From the NCBI RefSeq assembly GCF_964355755.1, contig NC_092675.1:10659812-10723811 (forward strand): a stretch of DNA of 64,000 nt. The letters run 5' to 3'. The position numbers were made by a program, and so were the translations under genes. Source of the DNA: Antedon mediterranea. Taxonomy: Eukaryota; Animalia; Echinodermata. Below the pieces are notes generated by a model. The model was given only the letters and a program-made list of their open reading frames with translations, had not been told where the DNA came from and ran no database searches. Below, in pieces: positions 53,801 to 62,800 of this stretch. Within the stretch, counting starts at the first letter, position 1. Every line of letters begins with the position of its first letter.

Positions 53801-56800
53801 TCTTTTTTCTCCAGAGGTTGACACGAGAAGTTGAGCAGAACAATGATGAAGCAGAACTTGTCAGACAACAAGTTGAAATGTGCTGCAAAAGACAAACAAG
53901 CAGCACAAAACAACCCAAGCATACTGACACTGATTGGAAAGAACTGGAATTACGTGCTAAGGTATCTTGCATTCACAATCCTTAAATTAAGAAGCCTGAA
54001 ATGGAGTTTTGCTTGCTTTTCAGGGTCCTGGGTGCAAATCAAAGAAATCTAGATGCTGAGGTCCGGGGATTAAAGGGTTTTCTGTGGCTGCGACACTATT
54101 AGTTCCACATCCCTTAAACTTTTTGATTTTTAGCCAACAGGAAGGGTAACATCTGACTAATTACTCAACACCAGATGCAAAGCTACTCCACAGTAGTTAC
54201 AAACAATTACAATAATGATGTTATTATTAAAATAAAAAATTATTGATATGTAGATTGTGTAATTGTCCTCCTTGTCCTCCTAGAATGCATTGTTGTATTT
54301 TCCTGGGTGGTCAACTATTCCATACATTAATTTGAAATACTGTTTACATTCAGAACCAGTCTATTGAATTATCACAACGGAATGTGGTGGTGAAAACGCT
54401 TAAAAGTGAGATTGAATCACAGGCTCAGCAGATAAAGACTCTTCAAGATAGGCAAGTTACAGGGGTGTCTAGAAAACTCAGATCTAGAAAACTCAGATCT
54501 CAGATATATCTGAGTTGTCTAGATCTAGCTTGTTTGAATACTACAGTATTTTGCTGCAGTATTTTACTTTTTCTTACTAATAATATTAATTATTGTAACT
54601 TGTAGTAGCAGCCTACGACTTAAATCATAAAGAAATACAGTATACACCTTTTGAAATGTAGGCTTAGCATTTAGGCCTAGCCTAGCTAAGCAAACTCAAT
54701 TCAAGGCTCAATGTGTATGTGCTATCGCGATGTATCGCGAAGAGTAGGCCTGGCCCTACTAGTAGGCTAGAAAGTGGTCAACTCGTACCCAAAATAACTC
54801 GTACCTATTCCCAACTTGGCTAACTTGTACCCACACCAACTCGTACATACCTAATTTTTAAGCCTACATTTTAACGGTAACGTGCACTGTATTTTTTTTA
54901 TGATTTAAGCCGTAGGCCACTTCTACATTTTACAATATTAGTAAGAAAACGTAAGTGACAGTAATCAGTTTTAATAATACTCTATTATTTCAAATTACCT
55001 ACCTTCTGAATAATAATTGAATGACCCAATGACCTACCAACCAATCATTTGATGATCTGATATTGATATCTGAGTTTTCTAGACACCCAAGTTACAGTGC
55101 TACATGATGCATTTGATTTATTAGTAAATTAAAAATAGGTGTATTAAGCTTTATGTTTAAAAAATCTTGAAATTAAAATTCCCTCTAAATAAAGATATCA
55201 TTTTAGTGTATAAGGATTTTACTTTACATGGTACACACATTTTTTTCTACCAATGAATTTGGGTTTCAAAAGATTAAAAAATATTAAAATTGAATAGTCA
55301 CTCCACATTCAATCATCTAATTAATTGTGTGGTCTTGGCACATGTCGAACACATACTGTGTACTACTGTTGGCATCTAGTGCTCCAGTGGAGTAGAACAG
55401 TGTGCACCTCATGTTGATTTTCGAAACAACGTTGCAGGGCAAAAATTCTTTTATTTAATATAAGTATTCTTACTTTATGAAATATATTAGGATTAGTCAT
55501 AATGAACGTGATCTAAATCAAAAGAGGTCACTTATGGAAGATTTGAGAGCTAGAGTGAAAGCCTCCACCAATAAAGACAAGTCAGACAATGTCTATCTGG
55601 TAAGTAATCTTTAGTTTCTTCTGAAGCATAATAGATGTTAATACTGTGGCTGGTAACCCAATTAGATCAAATTTACCAAACATCAAACCATATCTATATT
55701 TTCATAAAGATTCAATAAATACAAGCCGTCACCCAATTAGAGTAAATTTACCATCTATAATTGCATAATGTTGTAATCTGATGTAAAACAGGTTTAATTG
55801 CGACAACAATTAATTGAGTGTAGCTGGCTGACGAGCAGTTTGTTTACGCAGAACATAAATAAAGGATAAACAAAATTATTGTAGTTGAACCTTCTTTGTG
55901 TACAGTATAACAGAATCCAAAAGCAACATAAATATAAATTCCAGTCGAGATTCTCTTTGCACAATATGTGGAGAATAATTTTTCCTACTATTAACACAGG
56001 ATATGGAACTGATAGTTTTAAGTATATTTTTCTTGTTGGGAGATAATCATGAAGTTGGACCTTGTATTTAAAAACATCACTTTCTACACACCATGATACT
56101 CCTAAAACTTTTTCAACTGGGAGTTTGTTTTGTTTGTTTATTAATTTTTTCCACACACATCAATATACATTTTACTTAAATATTTAGATATTAAAAAAAG
56201 TATGATGAGTGTGGAAGGTGACCAAATAAGTTGAAAACTTTAGAATTTAGTTTGGATACCCAGACAAGCACACGGGAGAAAAATTATCACTTAAACAATA
56301 ATTACAGATAAATATACGAAAATGATTATACAAATGAAGCGTTTAAGTTAGAAACCATTAATTGTAACAGGAGTCAATCAGATTACAGACCGACCGAGTT
56401 AAGTTGAACGCATCAAAAAATAATATTTAAAAACAAAATAAATAAATAAAACTAAAGATGTATTGTCCCTTGAAACACAAAAAAATGAAGGTCAAAATAT
56501 TCTAAATTTAAAGTGGCCATATCAAAGTAATATTAAAGTTTAAGTCGAAAATTTGAGCCAAAAACAACAAGTTTACGTAATTAACAGGTAAATTAGTTTG
56601 ATTACATTTCATGTGGAAAATCGTCACGAGCGAAAGTAGATTTCAAACCATGAGTATGCATTAATATGTATATGCTAAATTAGGATTGTTTACAACTCGA
56701 ATTAAGAAGGTATTTTCACACAGATCATGAGGAAGTTTTATGATTATGCATACAGAGTAGCCAAACAAGCACGTTTCATTATGGGATATGTTTTGATTGA

Positions 56801-59800
56801 AAACTTTGACTGGAAGTCAAAGTTATTTTTTAAACAAAAAAACGTCTGTATTTCAGTTAATTTTTTTTTTTCCAAAAATTTTTGGTGATAGTTAATAACT
56901 ATTATGATACTTCAAAATGACCCACCTTTTTTCGAAATCTTTTATTTTTTATTTTTTTGGAATTAGTCAAAGGGACAATACATCTTTAAGAAATATAGTA
57001 AAAAATTATAGAATATATTATGTAAATCCAAATATAAATAATTTACAATTCATTTAAAACTCTTTAAATCCAATACAAAAAAATATCAAAAGAAGGAAAG
57101 AGGAGACTACTCACCATACACTGAGACCAAGAGGCTTTTATAATGATATTTAAATGATGAAAGAGAATGTTTATTTTTTAAAGAAGGGGAGATATTTTTC
57201 CATAATTTTGGGCCATTGTACAGAATTGAAGAGCGTCTGAGTTTAGAATTTGATAGATCGCTTAAGAAATTTGTCTGGGAGAATCGTGTATTATATGAGT
57301 GGAGTTCGGATGCGTTAGTAAATAAAGAACAAACATAAGGTGGTAATGTTTTTTTAGTAAGACGAAACATAAAAGTGTTAGTTAATAGTTTATTTAAATC
57401 ATAAATATTTAGAACATTTTAATAATGAAAAAATAATTTAGAATAAGAATTAATTGGTGCCCCTGCACAAATTCTGACAATTCTTTTTGTAGTTTAAAAA
57501 TACGATCAAGTTTAGTACTTGTCCAGGGGAAGAGTGTTTTAAATTATTAATAATACTAACATTTCTAGAAATAATATTACTAACTTTATTTAAATGTGGT
57601 TTCCAAGTTAAATTAGCGTCAATAGTAACACCGAGAAATTTAGTTTCATTGACGCGAGAAATAAGATGATTATCAATAAATAAGTTATCAAAAGTAAGAT
57701 TTCCCTTTGTGCGATTAAAAATAATATAGTTAGTTTTAAAGACAATTTATTTAACTTAAACTTAAGAGAACGTTTATTTTTGTGAGAAAAAAATATGTTA
57801 ATAACATCTGCAAACAAAACAAAATGAAGGAGATTTGAGCAATTTGAAATATTATTTACGTAAATTAAAAATAACAAAGGACCAAGTATGGAGTCTTGGG
57901 GTACACGATATTTACTGTAAGATAATTTAGAATTAAACGAATTGACAGACGTGAAGTGGGTCAGTCTTTATGTTTATATCAAGCACTAACTTCCCTTGTT
58001 CAGATTCTGGAATACTATCAACTATCAATCAAGTATCCAGCGCCTCCAACTGTTGCAAAATACAGCTGCTAGGATTATAACACTAACAGGGACAGGCAAG
58101 TTTTAACACATCACTCCAGTTTTACAGGAGTTGCATTGGCTCCCTATCCGATATAGGAGTATTTTCAAGATACTCCTGATTGCATTCAAGACACTAAATG
58201 GTGAAGGTCCAGATTACCTTCGCGAGCTGCTCATTTGGTACATACCTTCTCGAAGACTTCGATCCGGTGACAAGTTTCTCCTTGTTGAGCCAAGATCTGC
58301 ACGTTCATGGGGGTCTTTTTCTGTTTCAGCTCCTCGTCTGTGGAATCGGTTATCTTTACACATTCGTTCAAGCAAGTCTACTGATGTTTTCAAGAGTGCG
58401 CTTAAGACACATCTGCTGTCGGCTGCTTTTGGCAATTTGTAAGATTTACTTTGTTTAGCTATTTACCCACATCACTGAGAACACCTGTGAGTTATGTACT
58501 GGCTGGTCTATGCACCGTAAATTGCTGGTAAACGGAAGCAGTGATGTGGGTTTGATTGGTCTTGTTTATTTTTTTGGTTTTTGTCAAATTTATCAATTGT
58601 ATTTAGGTTTAAGGTTAAAATGTTTCATTGTTTTTCACAAGCGCCTTGAGCACTTTAGTGGATATGTGCGCTGTATAAATCTTATTATTATTTCCTGTTG
58701 TTTGATATCCATTTATGTAATCTCAATCCAGCTTGTGCATACATATAACTTCGGCTTCAGTGCGAAGAGACCTTAAACCATTGTCAACATAGAAATCGTT
58801 TCGTATGAAGTCAGCTGCTACTTTTCCTTATTGTTTTTCGCCATCATCCGCAGCACGTTTAAGACCAAAGTTCCTGTCTAAATCTCAACAGAATACCCAA
58901 TAAACTATTAGCTTGATTTGGACCTGGTTCAAAGAAGTACCTTTATGTCACTAAACAGTCAAAAACAACTCTAATTTTACCAGGCTTTTTTGGATGATAA
59001 ACCCCAGTGTGAGGCACATAGTTGACTTTACCAACAACTGGATTCTTGTTCTTTGGTACTTCTTCGGCACACTCTCTCAAAACATCTGTCATGAATACAA
59101 AATAATCTTTCTTAAAATCAGGTTCTTTGGAAAATATTTTCATTAAATTACTAAATCTTGTCATCTCGCTTACGTATGTTGTTGCTTATTACATCAAAAA
59201 AAATTCCAAACAGACATCGAAACGCCCAAATTTCTGTCAACAAAATCAGGCTCCATCATCTCCCTTACTTTAGCTGGTCCTCTCCTCCTGCATCTCTTGG
59301 TCTAATAACGCGAGGAACATTATTACCAATAAGCAATGCTACAGGTACATCAGACATGTACAGTATGGCACAACTTCATCAGCTTAAGATGATCCCACTT
59401 ACTCGCAACATCAGGAGTTGCTATCTGTGATCTGTCTGCTGGTATGCTGTCTCTATTATACACTGAAGGAAGGCTAAATGGATGCAAATTGTGCGAATGA
59501 CGAACTCACAACATTTTTTAAGTAGGATGACACTATCGATCTCCATTTACTCTCAATGTAAGTAGGTAACCTTACAATGTTCTGCTGTATAATTAAGCAC
59601 ACCCAAGTCAGGAATTGTTTTTGCGCTGCAACCACTTCATTAACAAAATCTGAGAAGTCCAGAAAATCAACATAGTCCCTTCCATTTATCTTTGGTCAAG
59701 CATCCAACTTTTTTAGGAAAGCCCTCGCTACTACAGAACTGTGAACATACCGATTTCGGAGCTCCGTTCTTGGTTCCAAGTAACAAGTAATTACTAACTA

Positions 59801-62800
59801 AATTCTTTAGTTTATTTAACAAATAAAGTTTCTCATTAAAAGTAACTGGCTTCGTTTCAATTAGTGATAAAAACGCTGCTTCCCATTCAGGAAATTTTAG
59901 AGGATCTCCATCAAATTTCTTTACAAACACAACGAGTCAGTAAGTTGTCGTATAAGATGCATATCACCATATTGTGGCTGTGTCACTTGAATTTTTTCTT
60001 CCATAGGTTCGACATAAGGTAATTGATTCTGGTAAGGATTATTTAAATTAAACTGTATTAACATCAGAATGCATTGGAACTACAGTACTGTCGGCGTCAA
60101 CTGGCGCTGTAAACATTGAAACATCTGCGGAATTAGCATATGTTATTGGAGTAAACCTTGTAGAGGCAATAGATCGTGTTGAAACAGTAGGTAAATTATT
60201 AGTTGTATTAACTGGTACTGAAAACATTGGAAGTGCTGCAGTCCTCACATAACTTAGAGATGTTGACGCAGTAGGCCTAGTAGGAACACAAGTCGATGCA
60301 CATGGATCACTAGGTTTATTCTCATAAGTTGAATTTGCAGGAACTGTGTCCATCTGAGAAGCTTTAGAATTAATATTAAAGTTAGTTGCATGCATTGCAT
60401 TCAAAAAACTAATATTTGGCACTCTGTGGTAACAGTAGTGTTGCGTACATCTGCAAATGGTAATGGCTGGTTAATGTTAGTGGAAATAATATGGGTTGAA
60501 GTGTCTATTGCCGACTTTGCAATGTAAGAAGTGGCAGAGGTATGTACAGTCACACTTGTGGTTGTAGATACACTTGAGGAAGGAATAGTAAATTGAGGTG
60601 ATTCTGCAACAGACTTTGATCTTACCATAACTGCCGATGGTTCACCAACCGCTTTTGGTAGATCATCAAGGAATTTCTGCAACCCAAGAGGAATGAAATC
60701 ATCATCATCACCACTCGGCAATGGCTGTAAATCGTCACTCACAACGTCATTCTCACGCTAGACATCTAGTCTAGCTTCCATCTTTGCTAACTCCTTCTGT
60801 TGCTCAATCAATGTAGTCTGTTGGACGTTGGACTACTGATCGTGAGACCGAGGTTCGAATCCAACTCTCGCCGCATTGCTTGTATCTGTAGGCAAGATAC
60901 TTTACTAATACGTTTGCCTCTCTTCACCCAGGTGTATAAATGGGTACCCGGTTAGATCAAGACACAACTTTGCGCTGATTACTAGCTGCATTATGGGATT
61001 ATGTTTCCATACGTGTTTGATCCAAAATGAATGGGGTAATAATGTCAGTAGCGCAGTGAGCGTCTTTCTTAGATGGATACTTGCGCTTTACAAATTTCCT
61101 TAATTATTATTATTATTTAGTCTCAAACTCAATTTCTAACATCTTCTCCTCCATCTTAAACTTATGTTCTGCAGCTTCACGCTCAACCTTAAGCTATGTT
61201 CCTTAAGTTTGTTCTCCATTCCACTAAATTCTAATTCAGCTTTCAATTCCGCCCATTTGATTTCTTCGACCACTCTTAAGTGCTCCCCTTTTTAACTTGA
61301 CGAAGATCTCCGGGAAACAAAAGAAGCATTAGATGAATGTTTCGACTTCCGAAAACGAATGTCTTGATAAATGAGAGTGATGTGAAGAATGTTGTGATGA
61401 GTGCCTAGAGGAATTACTTCGCACTGAACAACATGCGACAACTCCAACATATTAGTGTATTTTTCTCTTTCAACCACATTCAAAAGTGGACAGAGCTCTG
61501 AGTATACTTCACGCAATATTATCTCCTGATCTACCATGTCACTTATGACACCCTCATTAGGTTCTAAGTCTGTGCAACTGCTTCGTTTCTCTAGAAAAGG
61601 CCTTAACCTTCACATCATGATTATATTCGAGACCCTTCTCGGTTAACTTTCTCTCTCTTTTATCCATAATTACTACTTCATTTTTTGTTACTTTAATTGC
61701 GACAACAATTAATTGAGTGTAGCTGGCTGACGAGCAGTTTGTTTACGCAGAACATAAATAAAGGATAAACAAAATTATTGTAGTTGAACCTTCTTTTATG
61801 TACAGTATAACAGAATCCAAAAGCAACATAAATATAAATCCAAAGCAACATTTAAAGTATAATTCCAAAGCCGCATAAGTATAAATCCATGTAAGTAAAC
61901 TCCAGGTAAATAAAAATGGTGTGCTGGCAACAAAAAAATAAACTGCCCTTACTGGGTGCTCAGCTACAACTAGCTAGTAGAACTAAGAACAAAATAAACT
62001 GACTGCCCAATGCAGTAAACAACTTCCAGATAAAATAATATGCAAATTATCCAATTGAATTAAATACAACTACATCTGCAGTTACAATAGGTATGGAATG
62101 TTATATAGGTACGTACAAATGTTCATTTTAGTATCTATATTGTATTGTATATTGTATTGTATTGTATTGTTTATAAACCACAGTGGAGGTACCTGTGCTA
62201 TCTGCATAGGCTGATCCAAATTTTAAATTTTACAATGCTAAAGCCGAGACTGTAGGTTTACTTCATTTTTAGGCCTTAGGCCCCTCTTATTTTAAAGTAC
62301 TGGATCCGCCACTGCAGTAATCAGAATGGATAATAATAATCTACATTATCGCTTGTCCACAGAAAGACTTGGAAGACAAATTACAGGATGTTTCTGATGC
62401 TTGTGAAAAAAGAAAAGTAGAAGTGAATTCATTACGAAAAAGACTGACGACAGTAACAAAAGAGAAACACACCTATGAAGTAGTGAATCAGCAATTACAA
62501 GATGAATTAAAAACATTTGTAAGTACAGATCTATATATTATGCTTAATTCTGACATAGACGGCACAACACAAAAACTTTTGTACATATCTTCGTATTGAA
62601 AACCGTCCCTATTTGTCTCCAAAATTTTTGCGAAATTTAGATTTTATAACCATTACGATATTGTTCCATAATTGTTGGTTAGAAAAACAAAATTAAGGGA
62701 ATTTAAATCACCATGTAATTTTAAGAGATTGGCACAGTCAAACTTGCTTCCAGGTAGGTCCAATAAACGACTTGTGGGTCACTAAGTATTTGCTTCCCTA

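Larger units (their letters stand above)
55770..62086 (-). mobile_element. Decayed BEL/Pao LTR retrotransposon with nested insertions
   Basis: Gag-like [12 protein letters not shown]; [22 protein letters not shown] and FYVDNGL; KVLGVSW; direct repeats at 55793-55939 and 61692-61839; LTR start TGTAAC at 62086. Confidence 0.88.

Noticed and set aside
60048-60742. Ser/Thr-rich ORFs as a host mucin-like gene
   Set aside because: They lie between the LTR and the gag FDGDP motif on the same strand, so they are the low-complexity part of BEL/Pao gag.
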